Shown: positions 39,793 to 49,516 of the stretch, piece by piece | Position numbering within the stretch: position 1 is the stretch's first letter | Layout of the letters: each line of letters opens with the position of its first letter | Source: a virus | Taxonomy: Duplodnaviria; Heunggongvirae; Uroviricota; Caudoviricetes | Direction: 5' to 3' (one strand) | Virus record (IMG/VR): IMGVR_UViG_3300021979_000001 | Location: 130,948-194,947 of that record | Length of the DNA stretch: 64,000 nt | Program-made: the position numbers and the translations under genes | Notes under the pieces: generated by a model | Databases searched by the model: none | Seen by the model: the letters and a program-made list of their open reading frames with translations, nothing else | Told to the model about the DNA's origin: nothing

Positions 39793-40164
39793 TTTAAAAC
39801 CCTGTTTGTGTTGACGCCGGATACCTATCTACAAAGTGGGCATTAGGCAACTGCGTTTTAAGAGCAATATCTGCATGTCAACCTCCCAAAAAGGGTAGGA
39901 CAGTATACTATCATTTCATATATCATATGTTTTCAATATGTTATTAGTATGTGATGGCTGTCACAATTAAGAAAATATTTTTTCATACTGGAAAAACACC
40001 GGCTATTCCACACAACATCCCCGTGTGATTGAGGTTTTGCGGATAGATCAAAAATTGAAATAATTAAAAGATCAACGCAAAACATATGCGCAACAACCAC
40101 CCAACGATTTCGAATCGTGGATAACTTGTTGCACATGAAACTGTGTCAGACCGAAGTGATTTGT

Positions 40165-41310
40165 CTACTTTTGAAAAAAAACATTCATTGTATGAATGGA
40201 CGGCAACGAACATTTTTGTGCAATCGGCTTGGCAATCATATCCATTAATTTGCCATGTTGCTTTACTAACCGATTTCGAGCGGAAATCTGTTTTGTGGGT
40301 GATGCATCTTTCAGATCATACCATATAGTAGACGGGGGGCGGTGCATCAGATTAGTATGATGTTCCCAATTAGCAACCGATATGATTTCATCTTCCATCC
40401 CGGCTTGAATTGCCAGGTATAGCGCCGTTATCTGATCCAGTATTGGTGTTGAATCAAAATAAACGCACCCATATGACATCAACATCCCAGTCATATCATA
40501 TAATCGCAATTCGTATGGGATATGATCGAACTGATCTGGGTGATCTGCATTATCCAACAAACTTATATGTGTTCGCTTGATGCCGAATAGGTGTTTCCTG
40601 CCCGTGAAACGCACCTCCTGGAAGCACAGGAACGCATCTAGCATGTCAGACCCAATAATAGTTTTAACACCACGTATAGAGCGTTTTAAGACCTTTTGTG
40701 CGACACTTTTATTTGTGGGTTTATTATCAAACATGATTGTTTTTGGATAATGATTTTTAACCACATTTATATATTGACGATATGACGAAAAAACCGTCAT
40801 AGTTTCACGAAAACGTGCAACCATATCAATAAATTGTGCATCCCATTTCCGAATTTTATCCTGAATTACAAACGGTTCGGAAATGAAAGATGCAATTTCT
40901 TTTTTGGTCAACTTGCGATATTTTTTGTATTCCGGGAATTTCTTATCAGTGAAGTATTCCCAACGGTTATCATTAATCAAATTGGAAATATTAGATAATC
41001 CCATGGTTTTTTCGATGAACTGCACTGCACTTTTATATGCAATATTCGTTCTACGGTAATACAACTGATCATGAATAGTATTTGATGACATCACATCCGA
41101 TACAATAACAGACCGCTTCTCGATTGAAGCGGTCTGCCACCATTTCAGCATTTCATCGGTAAGATATGATATTGCATCAGGCATATCCATTACCAAATTC
41201 CAGTCAATATTGGGTTCTGCAATTGTCAACCACGACACCAAATCCGGCGTGATTTCTAACAGTTCAATCGAACTATCCACAACATAACGGACATCATGTG
41301 GTAATGGCAT
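40165..41310 (-). CDS. Hypothetical protein with C-terminal C-x6-P-x-x-D...E-x-E-x4-A-N motif; partner of the GG-ending protein
   Basis: YGCVYFDSTPILDQITALYLAIQAGMEDEIISVANW; starts 6 nt after the 41317 gene stop. Confidence 0.7.
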   Translation of the reverse strand: MPLPHDVRYVVDSSIELLEITPDLVSWLTIAEPNIDWNLVMDMPDAISYLTDEMLKWWQTASIEKRSVIVSDVMSSNTIHDQLYYRRTNIAYKSAVQFIEKTMGLSNISNLINDNRWEYFTDKKFPEYKKYRKLTKKEIASFISEPFVIQDKIRKWDAQFIDMVARFRETMTVFSSYRQYINVVKNHYPKTIMFDNKPTNKSVAQKVLKRSIRGVKTIIGSDMLDAFLCFQEVRFTGRKHLFGIKRTHISLLDNADHPDQFDHIPYELRLYDMTGMLMSYGCVYFDSTPILDQITALYLAIQAGMEDEIISVANWEHHTNLMHRPPSTIWYDLKDASPTKQISARNRLVKQHGKLMDMIAKPIAQKCSLPSIHTMNVFFQK

Positions 41311-41316
41311 AACTGT

Positions 41317-41697
41317 TTACCCTCCGCGTAATGGTCTGGTCACAATGGTGCTGGATTGTGCAATTTCATCGGCATCTGATGACCGTTTTACCGTATCAGA
41401 GCGAATGTTACTGTGCGGTTTTGATGCGGAAATACGCCCCGCTGTAAAAAGCTGACTCATGATATTTTCATCGTCAAAAACAATACTTCGTTTGGTCAGC
41501 TTATCAACCGATGTCAGCTTCGTTTTGACTGTTACTTTATTATCATGTAACGTTTCCATAATAAAGAACACATATCCTTTATCGAGTAGGGATTGGATGG
41601 CAAGTTTCATATCGCCATCCACCTCCCGCTCCCAAGTGATGGTGGTATCACCCGAACCATCCAAAAAAGTCATCGTTCTCATAAATTCGACTCCCAC
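41317..41697 (-). CDS. Small protein ending -RPLRGG (candidate ubiquitin-like beta-grasp protein)
   Basis: Free C-terminal diglycine; GGGAG RBS favours start MRTMTF. Confidence 0.6.
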   Translation of the reverse strand: MGVEFMRTMTFLDGSGDTTITWEREVDGDMKLAIQSLLDKGYVFFIMETLHDNKVTVKTKLTSVDKLTKRSIVFDDENIMSQLFTAGRISASKPHSNIRSDTVKRSSDADEIAQSSTIVTRPLRGG

Positions 41698-41762
41698 AAG
41701 TTTTCAATTACAAGACTAAACACTATCAGTCATGTGGTTCAACAACAACCATAATATTAATA

Positions 41763-42971
41763 TTATTTGTAGTCTTCCCAATTAATATTACCAAAAACAG
41801 AGCGCATATTATCTATGTGCGTGCTGTTATTTTGTTGACCGATTTTCCAAAAAGCAAGATCAATGATATTACCCCCATCGTATTCACACCAGAACATTCC
41901 GCCCAACAAGTTGTTGATTTTGCGTAATTCTTTCAATTCCGGCATTGCTGCAACTGATTTCCGGTCACCTGGATGACGTTCTTTAGCTACCTGGACAGCA
42001 TCACGAACCCGTTTAACGGATTTGCCAATTTCCGCATAAAAATCTGTTTCAAATGCTTCCACTTTCTGGCGAACACCATCAACGAACAGGGGACGAGCAT
42101 CATCCATATTGCCATGCACAATCAATCGAACTATGTTTTTTTCATTATTGATGATGTCGTATGATGACGACAACTCACAATACCATTCCGATTTCATTTT
42201 GATCATGTGTCCATCATCAAAACGAATGACAATCCCTTCTTCATCGCGGGCAGTCTTAATGACATTAATCAATTTGTTAATATCAGTCACCCGATGTGAT
42301 ACTGCTTTGATTAGAGGGATACTCGGGTAACGAGAGATTAGTGTTTGCATGTCATCATAAGACCAATACTTGCCGCTTTCTAGTTCGCGAACCGCAGTCA
42401 AAACTAATTTGTCTTCGCCATACGCAAGAACAATTCTGTTGAACGGGGAACACCATTCAAAAATTGGCATTGCACCTTGTTTTTGTAATTCTGCCACAAA
42501 TTCGTCATAGATCGGGTGTTTTTCAACAAATTTGCTCGCCTGGTTGCTCACATCACTAATACCGCGTTTGGTTGACCACACGATACCCGTATCCAAATAC
42601 AATGGTGACACCATACTACCGTCAATTTTTTCCAAGACAATATGCGGCTTGGTGAAATCAATCGTATCTGATTTAGTTTCTGATTTCTCATTGAGATTAA
42701 AAAACTTGTGGTATCTACGACCAACCAATTTCCCGTTGGGATCAAATATCAGACCACGACATTCCCGCAAAATAGCGTAGTTTCGATCTAATTCCGGGTC
42801 ACCCGTCGTCGGCGATGGAAATGATTCATCGCACACAAAATTATAGCTAGAAACAATGTAATCTCCTTTATTATATATCGAGAAACATGGAGATTGTAGC
42901 GTTTTGTTAACCGCATCGATTGCAGTTTGCACATCTTCCAGGGTTAAATTGGTAGGAAAATCATAATTCAT
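41763..42971 (-). CDS. T4 Rnl1-like RNA ligase
   Basis: RECRGLIF, KFFN, EKIDGS, FEWCSP.NRIV, EGIVI, KMKSEWY. Confidence 0.9.
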   Translation of the reverse strand: MNYDFPTNLTLEDVQTAIDAVNKTLQSPCFSIYNKGDYIVSSYNFVCDESFPSPTTGDPELDRNYAILRECRGLIFDPNGKLVGRRYHKFFNLNEKSETKSDTIDFTKPHIVLEKIDGSMVSPLYLDTGIVWSTKRGISDVSNQASKFVEKHPIYDEFVAELQKQGAMPIFEWCSPFNRIVLAYGEDKLVLTAVRELESGKYWSYDDMQTLISRYPSIPLIKAVSHRVTDINKLINVIKTARDEEGIVIRFDDGHMIKMKSEWYCELSSSYDIINNEKNIVRLIVHGNMDDARPLFVDGVRQKVEAFETDFYAEIGKSVKRVRDAVQVAKERHPGDRKSVAAMPELKELRKINNLLGGMFWCEYDGGNIIDLAFWKIGQQNNSTHIDNMRSVFGNINWEDYK

Positions 42972-43065
42972 TTTTCACAATAACCTTACACGTTTATGTA
43001 TCTATGTTATCAATACCATAGTTTTTTTTAAAAAAACAATATATTATTGTTAACTAAAATTTATT

Positions 43066-43971
43066 GTGATCCCTCGCTATATCATGATATATTTTAGCCA
43101 TACCCCTTTCACAATAGGACATAATATCACCATGGCACCGGATTATTTAGATATAGATTATTTGCGTAGTTTGGATGTTGCCCCGGAGTCATTTGGGCTT
43201 GGGTTTATCCAACTGAAATTATCCAAAACGAGCAAAGTCAATTTTTGGGATGTCGCATCCCTTCTAACCGTGGACCAAGAAGATTTTCATACACATCCGT
43301 ATGATTTCACATCCACTATAATTGCGGGGTCCATAACCCACGAAACTGCAATCGTTACCAACGAAACCACGATTACCAATGAAAACAGCAAGCAACCATA
43401 TGGTTATTTACAATTCAAAACCGGATGTTGCCCTGGTAGTAAAGCAATCCTTGATGCAAATATTGATTTGTTATCATTGGGGAAAACAACACTGTCCGTT
43501 GGTTCAAAATATGACTTTCACCATACCATGTATCATCGTGTTCTAAAGGCATATGGTATCACCCATGTGACTAAAGGGAAAAAAGTAGAAGAATATGCCA
43601 AGATTGCAATTAAAACCGAAACCAAATTAAGCAACGCATTTGCAAACCAGTTGACAACAAAAGAATGCTGGGAACGAATTGAACAGATTATTTCACCATT
43701 TTTACCGGCAGAGTTTGAAACCCATCCAGGGTATCATCTAACCAAGATTGCTAAAGGACAGATTGGTGATGTATCAAAAATCGTGGAAGAATGTAATGAA
43801 TTGGTAGATGCCGCCGCGCAAGGTGCAAACATAATGATTTTGCATGAACTGTCCGATATTCATGGTGCAATGGAACTATATTTAAATAAACATCACCCAT
43901 CCTTATCAATCACTGATTTGGGTGTTATGTCTACCATCACCCAACGCGCTTTCACAAATGGGAGACGATAA
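43066..43971 (+). CDS. Cupin-like domain fused to MazG/HisE-like NTP pyrophosphohydrolase
   Basis: FHTHPYDFTS..YHRV (cupin); KIVEECNELVDA..ELSD (all-alpha NTP-PPase); likely start MAPDY. Confidence 0.65.
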   Translation: MIPRYIMIYFSHTPFTIGHNITMAPDYLDIDYLRSLDVAPESFGLGFIQLKLSKTSKVNFWDVASLLTVDQEDFHTHPYDFTSTIIAGSITHETAIVTNETTITNENSKQPYGYLQFKTGCCPGSKAILDANIDLLSLGKTTLSVGSKYDFHHTMYHRVLKAYGITHVTKGKKVEEYAKIAIKTETKLSNAFANQLTTKECWERIEQIISPFLPAEFETHPGYHLTKIAKGQIGDVSKIVEECNELVDAAAQGANIMILHELSDIHGAMELYLNKHHPSLSITDLGVMSTITQRAFTNGRR

Positions 43972-44576
43972 TGAATATCAAATCATTATCACGCATTGTC
44001 GAGACAGCTACCTTTTTTCGTAACCTAAATTATGTCGAAATTGAATTGCCTTGGACCGCATCAAAGGCGGCAATGGAAACGACGATTGATCTGACACATG
44101 TCATGTCGTTATCATGCAACGGGGCTGATTATGGATTATTGGTTGGGTCTGCCGAACAGGCTTTTATCCAAAAGATGATTGATGGTGAATTATCGCCTGG
44201 GAAATATCAATCATTCACCCCCTGTTTCCGTCCTGATCCGGTGGATGAATTGCATCAGACTTATTTTACTAAGTTGGAATTGTGTGAACTTGTTTCACAT
44301 AAGACCGATATGGACGAATGCCAACATCGATTGGATTATATTACCCGGTGTTGTCGGGGAAATTTCACACGATTGGTGCGCGATGATGGTTTTGATGATC
44401 CGAATGTTGTTCACATCGTCAAAACACACGCTGGGTATGACATCGAAATCAACAATATTGAGATCGGTTCATATGGGATTCGCCAATTTGGCAAATTTAC
44501 ATGGATTTATGCTACTGGGATAGCTGAACCCCGTTTTGGCAAAGCGGTTTCCCAACTCCAATATATACCGGCTTGA
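43971..44576 (+). CDS. Truncated class II aminoacyl-tRNA synthetase-like catalytic domain
   Basis: GSAEQAF, motif 2 TPCFR..H.TYFTKLEL, EIGSYG, motif 3 TGIAEPR; no anticodon domain. Confidence 0.7.
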   Translation: MNIKSLSRIVETATFFRNLNYVEIELPWTASKAAMETTIDLTHVMSLSCNGADYGLLVGSAEQAFIQKMIDGELSPGKYQSFTPCFRPDPVDELHQTYFTKLELCELVSHKTDMDECQHRLDYITRCCRGNFTRLVRDDGFDDPNVVHIVKTHAGYDIEINNIEIGSYGIRQFGKFTWIYATGIAEPRFGKAVSQLQYIPA

Positions 44577-44841
44577 TATATTGGGTATCTGTATTCAAGT
44601 AAAATTCGCTTAGCATGAACAGCACATCATCAACCTGGCTACCAGTGATGACATGAATTTCATACTTGGAATACTCGATTACCCAATTATTTGACCGCAT
44701 GTTTTCGGCACACCAACATTCCAGCCATCTTGCCATAACCATCGAATTAACCGCACTTATCCCCGCGCCCATATGATCATAGACGTATATGATGCCAGTT
44801 CGCGATCTGGTGTGGTGTTTATCGTAAATGAGTTTGCCCAT
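44512..44841 (-). CDS. Hypothetical protein
   Basis: 109 aa; ATAAATA upstream; weak match to the small-protein motif family. Confidence 0.5.
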   Translation of the reverse strand: MGKLIYDKHHTRSRTGIIYVYDHMGAGISAVNSMVMARWLECWCAENMRSNNWVIEYSKYEIHVITGSQVDDVLFMLSEFYLNTDTQYIKPVYIGVGKPLCQNGVQLSQ

Positions 44842-45015
44842 GATCTTATTTATGTTGTGATTGTCGATAGTGATTATATAGGAACGAAAAAAAGCCCGGA
44901 AAGGTTCCGGGCTTAATTTATATTATTTTATAATCCGAATGTCAGCGTTTTTTCGTCCCAACACATAGCATCACCTGGTTCAGCCGGGTGGATAATATGG
45001 CAGTGGGTGATACTA

Positions 45016-45294
45016 TTATCCACTCCTGGTGATATTTCCCATATTTGAGACATCACCATGAATGTCACCGCATTCAAGATTACCACGATTTGAGACATCA
45101 CCATGAATGTCACCACATTCAAGGTTACCGGAATTATTGATGTTATCAATAGTCCCGTCAACAACAACGATTTTAGTTGTATCGCTGGATAACGATATGG
45201 TCTGCGTTCCAACGATTATCGAGTCGATAGTGATGGCGAAGTTATCGCCATCACTAAGATTATATTCAGTTCCATTGATCCGAATCGTTGTCAT
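45016..45294 (-). CDS. Small beta-solenoid-like repeat protein
   Basis: GNLECGDIHGDVSN repeats; follows clpP. Confidence 0.6.
   Translation of the reverse strand: MTTIRINGTEYNLSDGDNFAITIDSIIVGTQTISLSSDTTKIVVVDGTIDNINNSGNLECGDIHGDVSNRGNLECGDIHGDVSNMGNITRSG
45043..45129. repeat. 45-bp in-frame tandem repeat (about 2 copies)
   Basis: atttgagacatcaccatgaatgtcacc(g/a)cattcaag(a/g)ttacc x2. Confidence 0.9.
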
Positions 45295-45297
45295 AGT

Positions 45298-45882
45298 TTA
45301 CAATTCACTACGACTGGAAACAACTTTGTCAATGATGCCATATTCCAACGCATCATGTGCGGACAAGAATTTATCTCGTTCCATGTCGTTCAATACCGTT
45401 TCATAATCTTTGCCGGTATTTTCAGCCATCATCGTTGTGAGGCGATGTTTCAGACGTTCCCCTTCTTTCAGGGAAATAAACTGATCAGTGATTTTGCCTT
45501 GGGTGCCGGATGACGGTTGATGAATCATTACGGTCGAGTCGAGAAGCGCGATACGATGCCCTTTGGTCCCGCAAGATAGGAACATCGCCCCCATGGACAT
45601 CGCCGAACCGGTAACCACCGTAACAATCGTGTTCTTGACAAATCGCATGGTATTGATCACGGCCAAACCATCATAAACCGATCCACCCGGCGAGTTAATA
45701 TACATATAAATTGGTTTTTCCGGGTCTTCGGCTTCAAGATGCAATAATGATGCCGTAATAACGGATGCCATCCGCGTTTCAACTACACCATCAACAAAAA
45801 TGATGTTTTCTTTCAGAAGCCGCGAATAGATGTCATATGACCGTTCGTTATGACCATCATTGGTAACTACTATTGGAATCAT
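45298..45882 (-). CDS. clpP: ATP-dependent Clp protease proteolytic subunit
   Basis: DIYSRLLKE, YINSPGGSV, AMSMG (catalytic Ser), MIHQP, ERD. Confidence 0.95.
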   Translation of the reverse strand: MIPIVVTNDGHNERSYDIYSRLLKENIIFVDGVVETRMASVITASLLHLEAEDPEKPIYMYINSPGGSVYDGLAVINTMRFVKNTIVTVVTGSAMSMGAMFLSCGTKGHRIALLDSTVMIHQPSSGTQGKITDQFISLKEGERLKHRLTTMMAENTGKDYETVLNDMERDKFLSAHDALEYGIIDKVVSSRSEL

Positions 45883-45895
45883 TACAATATTTTCC

Positions 45896-46159
45896 TTAAA
45901 CTGACAGTTTGACCATCACACTGTCTTCATACAATTCAAATCCAACCAATAACTCTCCACCACCCCCACCCCCGATTACATCCAAATATGTCCATCTACC
46001 AACACCAGACTGATACATGATTTCATTGATACGGGCACAACCATATGGGGATTTGGGATCAATTGATACAATGTGCCAACCAGTAGGTATCATTTGTCGA
46101 TTGAGTGTCAAATAATTTGGTGAAAGAGAATACACCAAATTTTTTAATTTCACATCCAT
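45896..46159 (-). CDS. Small hypothetical protein (C-terminal motif family)
   Basis: Ends LVGFELYEDSVMVKLSV. Confidence 0.55.
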   Translation of the reverse strand: MDVKLKNLVYSLSPNYLTLNRQMIPTGWHIVSIDPKSPYGCARINEIMYQSGVGRWTYLDVIGGGGGGELLVGFELYEDSVMVKLSV

Positions 46160-46219
46160 ATCATTTACCTAATCAGGGCAAAATCAGGGGAGAATTTATT
46201 TATATTCTCCCCTGATGGA

Positions 46220-47473
46220 TTATTTCCGGTGATCTTCGTATACCGCCGTTACCCCAAATGGAGACTGCGGGGCATTTTCCCCATACACGACAAATAACGT
46301 TTCGCAATAATCTGGGTCGCCCCAACCAGAACAAGGGTATCCGTCGGTAAAGAAAATCAACCGTTCCGGGCGAATTTCCTTTTCCTTCATGAACGCCCAG
46401 TTAACATTAAAATCGGTGCCACCGCCCCCTTGCATTTTGTAATCCACAATTTCTGACAAATTGGTTTCATCGTATTCTGTGAAACCATATACTTTCGTAT
46501 CAAAGGTCCACAATTTTACTTTTGCCTGTGAAAAGGTTTCCAGAATCCCTTTCGTTTCCGTCAAGAAATCGGTCAACATTTCCTGGGTCATTGATCCGCT
46601 TGTATCAATCGTGATACAAACATCAATCGTATTTTGGAAATTTTGCGCTGGCAACCGAACACCCGGCAACGCCCAATTCCGACGACTGAAACGGGTATAG
46701 GTATAATCGTCTTTTACTGCGGACCGAAAGGTCTGCTCCAACATGGTCCGCCAGTCAAGTTGCGCGTCACCCAACTCGTCAATCATCCGTGCAACGCCAA
46801 GCGGATAATCACCCGCCTTGCTACTTGCAATTGCTTGCATCGTTGCGGCCCGCATATCATTGCGAATTTCCGCAATTTCATCCGCCGACAATTTTGGCGG
46901 ACCATTTTCTCCGATGACAGTGATGGTTCCGTTGTTGGTCCCATCTTTATTACTGTCACCGTTATTGCCACCGTCTCCGGCCCCAAAATCGTGGTGTTCA
47001 TCCATTTCATCTTCGGGCCGAATAGTAACCGAATTTTGGATCAGAAGATCATAAATGGCTTCTGCACCCAATTCATCGGTATAGCGTTCGTCATACAGTG
47101 CCCCTTTGGGCATGACGCCAACACATCCTTTTTTTAAGGATTTCAATGCGGAATTGACCACATAATCGGTTGCCATGGCCCAAATTTTTGGATCACGTGA
47201 CCCACGCCGGTTGGCGTGATCATAAACCAGGTGCATTGTAATATGTGAAATTAAAAAAGAAACCCCACCCAGGCCATATTTTTCAACGGTTTTAATAATA
47301 AAATCACGGTTATAAAATAGCCGCCGCCCGTCTGATGTTATTGTTTTGCACCATTTCGATGCATCAACCTCGGTGAGCCGAATACTTAACTGCCCCAAGA
47401 ACGGATAATCGAATAGCATTTGAACTCGTGATGTAACAATTGCCCGGATTACAGGATCATCTTTTTCCATCAT
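46220..47473 (-). CDS. DUF2201-like metallopeptidase-like plus VWA domain protein
   Basis: TSDGRRLFYN, ATDYVVN, MIDAS IDTSGSM, GGGGTDF, FTDG. Confidence 0.85.
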   Translation of the reverse strand: MMEKDDPVIRAIVTSRVQMLFDYPFLGQLSIRLTEVDASKWCKTITSDGRRLFYNRDFIIKTVEKYGLGGVSFLISHITMHLVYDHANRRGSRDPKIWAMATDYVVNSALKSLKKGCVGVMPKGALYDERYTDELGAEAIYDLLIQNSVTIRPEDEMDEHHDFGAGDGGNNGDSNKDGTNNGTITVIGENGPPKLSADEIAEIRNDMRAATMQAIASSKAGDYPLGVARMIDELGDAQLDWRTMLEQTFRSAVKDDYTYTRFSRRNWALPGVRLPAQNFQNTIDVCITIDTSGSMTQEMLTDFLTETKGILETFSQAKVKLWTFDTKVYGFTEYDETNLSEIVDYKMQGGGGTDFNVNWAFMKEKEIRPERLIFFTDGYPCSGWGDPDYCETLFVVYGENAPQSPFGVTAVYEDHRK

Positions 47474-47543
47474 AATTTAATCCTCGTATATTCAAAAAAT
47501 GAGCGACAATAATTATCTTAATTGTCGCTCATTCACATGTCAA

Positions 47544-49040
47544 TTATTTACTTGTGCCGCCCATCAAAGGACCATATTTCGCCGCAAAATTGGCGAAATA
47601 TTTTGATTTTGCAGAGAACGGAAGCTGGTATTGACCCACGGCCATTTTGATAGCCAAGATGCATACTTCGGTTTTGAAGTTTTCCATCGAAAATTTCACA
47701 TAGTTATCGGCATATTTATGCCATTTTTGGCCCTGCTCGGTATTATTGAAAACCGAGACGGACGCATTGTTGTGGAATGCTTCCTGCCGCAATTGATCAG
47801 CACGTTCTTTGAGCATTTGCGACATGGCCGTGATCAGTGCAAATGACATTTGCGGATCAAGCTGTTCGCTCGCCTTGGTAATTGTCCCATCCAAGATTCC
47901 AGCAGGACTTGGCATTGCATCCAGCCGTTTGTAAAATGAACAGAACTTTTGTCCGTCAATGTCTCCGATAGCCCCATTCACGCTGGCATGGAACACATCT
48001 GTTCCAACGCGAACCCCGCGTTTTTCGTTGTGTTCCTTTGCTTTCAGCAAGTCGGACACAAACATCCACGTCCGGGGGGCGGAAAAACCCCGAACCGATT
48101 TAACCATATCATCTTGGCTGGAACTCAACTGCCCCTGAAAATGTGTCAGATACCCGATGACCGCCGGATGATACATCGCGTCAATGGCATGGGTTTGCCA
48201 GTCTTCGAAATTCGCGACCATTTCGACATGCACCAAGCGGCTACGCACCGGTGAAGGCAAAACAAATGTGATACCACGGTCGCCTTCCCGATTGCCGCAT
48301 GCGACAATCTGAAAATCATCGGGCAACTCATACTCGCCCAAACGACGGTCAAGCAACAATTCATAACATGCCGCAATCACTGATTGCGGGGCCGAATTTA
48401 ATTCTTCAAGCCCGAGAATGCCACGGGCTTTGCCGGAAACATTGACGCGAAGGTTGCCAGGTTCAAGATATTCGAACAGCAAGTCCGACAAGTCGTCGAT
48501 TGACAACGATTTGTTTTGCGCAATGATCCCCATTGCCGTGGCGTGGTTATGTTCTGTCGTCAAGCATACATCGACGTAATCGACGCCTTTGCTAACCAAA
48601 ATCGGCACGGTCCCGGCAGTCAGTTTGCGCAAATTGACATCGGTCTTTTGCACATATGGAATGTGATTTGCGCCCAACGGGTTCAAAAATTCAACCCGGA
48701 CAATTTCCTTGTGGTTAATTTCGGCCACGTGGTTGAAGTTAAGGTCGCGTGGTAGCGTCACCGGCGACGACCACGACAATGCGTTAATTCCGCCCCGCTC
48801 GTAAGGCATCGGAATACCACGCAAATCAGATGGGTCCATCTGGGAAAGGCGCATATCGATAAATGCCATATTTTCTTCGGTCGCAAATTGTTTGCAAACA
48901 GCGGACTTCCCGATGCCGGGCGCGCCCCAGATAAACATACTGACCTTTCCCGAGCCAGTCAGTCCCGTCGAGTTCAACAACCGCAATGCAGGCACCATCG
49001 TTGATGGTGTCAATGTTAAAACTTGTGTTTCTTTTGCCAT
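47544..49040 (-). CDS. MoxR-like AAA+ ATPase with a roughly 100 aa insertion
   Basis: GAPGIGKS, DMRLSQMDPSDLRGIP, LEELNSA, VACGNR, SAPRTW. Confidence 0.9.
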   Translation of the reverse strand: MAKETQVLTLTPSTMVPALRLLNSTGLTGSGKVSMFIWGAPGIGKSAVCKQFATEENMAFIDMRLSQMDPSDLRGIPMPYERGGINALSWSSPVTLPRDLNFNHVAEINHKEIVRVEFLNPLGANHIPYVQKTDVNLRKLTAGTVPILVSKGVDYVDVCLTTEHNHATAMGIIAQNKSLSIDDLSDLLFEYLEPGNLRVNVSGKARGILGLEELNSAPQSVIAACYELLLDRRLGEYELPDDFQIVACGNREGDRGITFVLPSPVRSRLVHVEMVANFEDWQTHAIDAMYHPAVIGYLTHFQGQLSSSQDDMVKSVRGFSAPRTWMFVSDLLKAKEHNEKRGVRVGTDVFHASVNGAIGDIDGQKFCSFYKRLDAMPSPAGILDGTITKASEQLDPQMSFALITAMSQMLKERADQLRQEAFHNNASVSVFNNTEQGQKWHKYADNYVKFSMENFKTEVCILAIKMAVGQYQLPFSAKSKYFANFAAKYGPLMGGTSK

Positions 49041-49153
49041 CGTTTGTTAGCCTTTCTAAATTCGGATACAGTTATTTTGATAGTGGCAGATCAACGTAAT
49101 CAATGCCTTTGTCACGCAACATTTTCGAGAAAATGGCAGACACACCCAACCAC

Positions 49154-49253
49154 TTGTTTTCGGATGCATCCGATGTATTCGAAACATCTTGACGACAATT
49201 GTTTTCGGATGCATCCGATGTATTCGAAACATCTTGACGACAATTGTTTTCGG
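49154..49253. repeat. 45-bp non-coding tandem repeat (2.2 copies) with internal palindrome
   Basis: ttgttttcggatgcatccgatgtattcgaaacatcttgacgacaa x2 plus ttgttttcgg. Confidence 0.9.
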
Positions 49254-49516
49254 TAATATGAGCCATTTCAACCCTCCCAGTCGCGCATACTTGATAATTA
49301 ATAACCCAATGATGATCAATGGTAGATCATCTAGGACGTGGATATAGAGGAAATCCCCCAGGTGATCAATAATAAATCAAACGTTGCTGTTCCCCCTAAC
49401 GGTTGGCGTCATTTCATTTTGTCATATTGTCTTGATGACTTAATAATAACCATCTTTTAAAACCACCGTCAACCATAATTTTTAAAAAAATGTTAGCTTG
49501 TTTCGAGAGGATAGTT

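Noticed and set aside
48430-48750. Intein in the MoxR ATPase
   Set aside because: The insertion lacks an N-terminal Cys/Ser block and a C-terminal His-Asn
49154-49253. CRISPR array
   Set aside because: Repeats are directly adjacent with no unique spacers, and no cas genes are present
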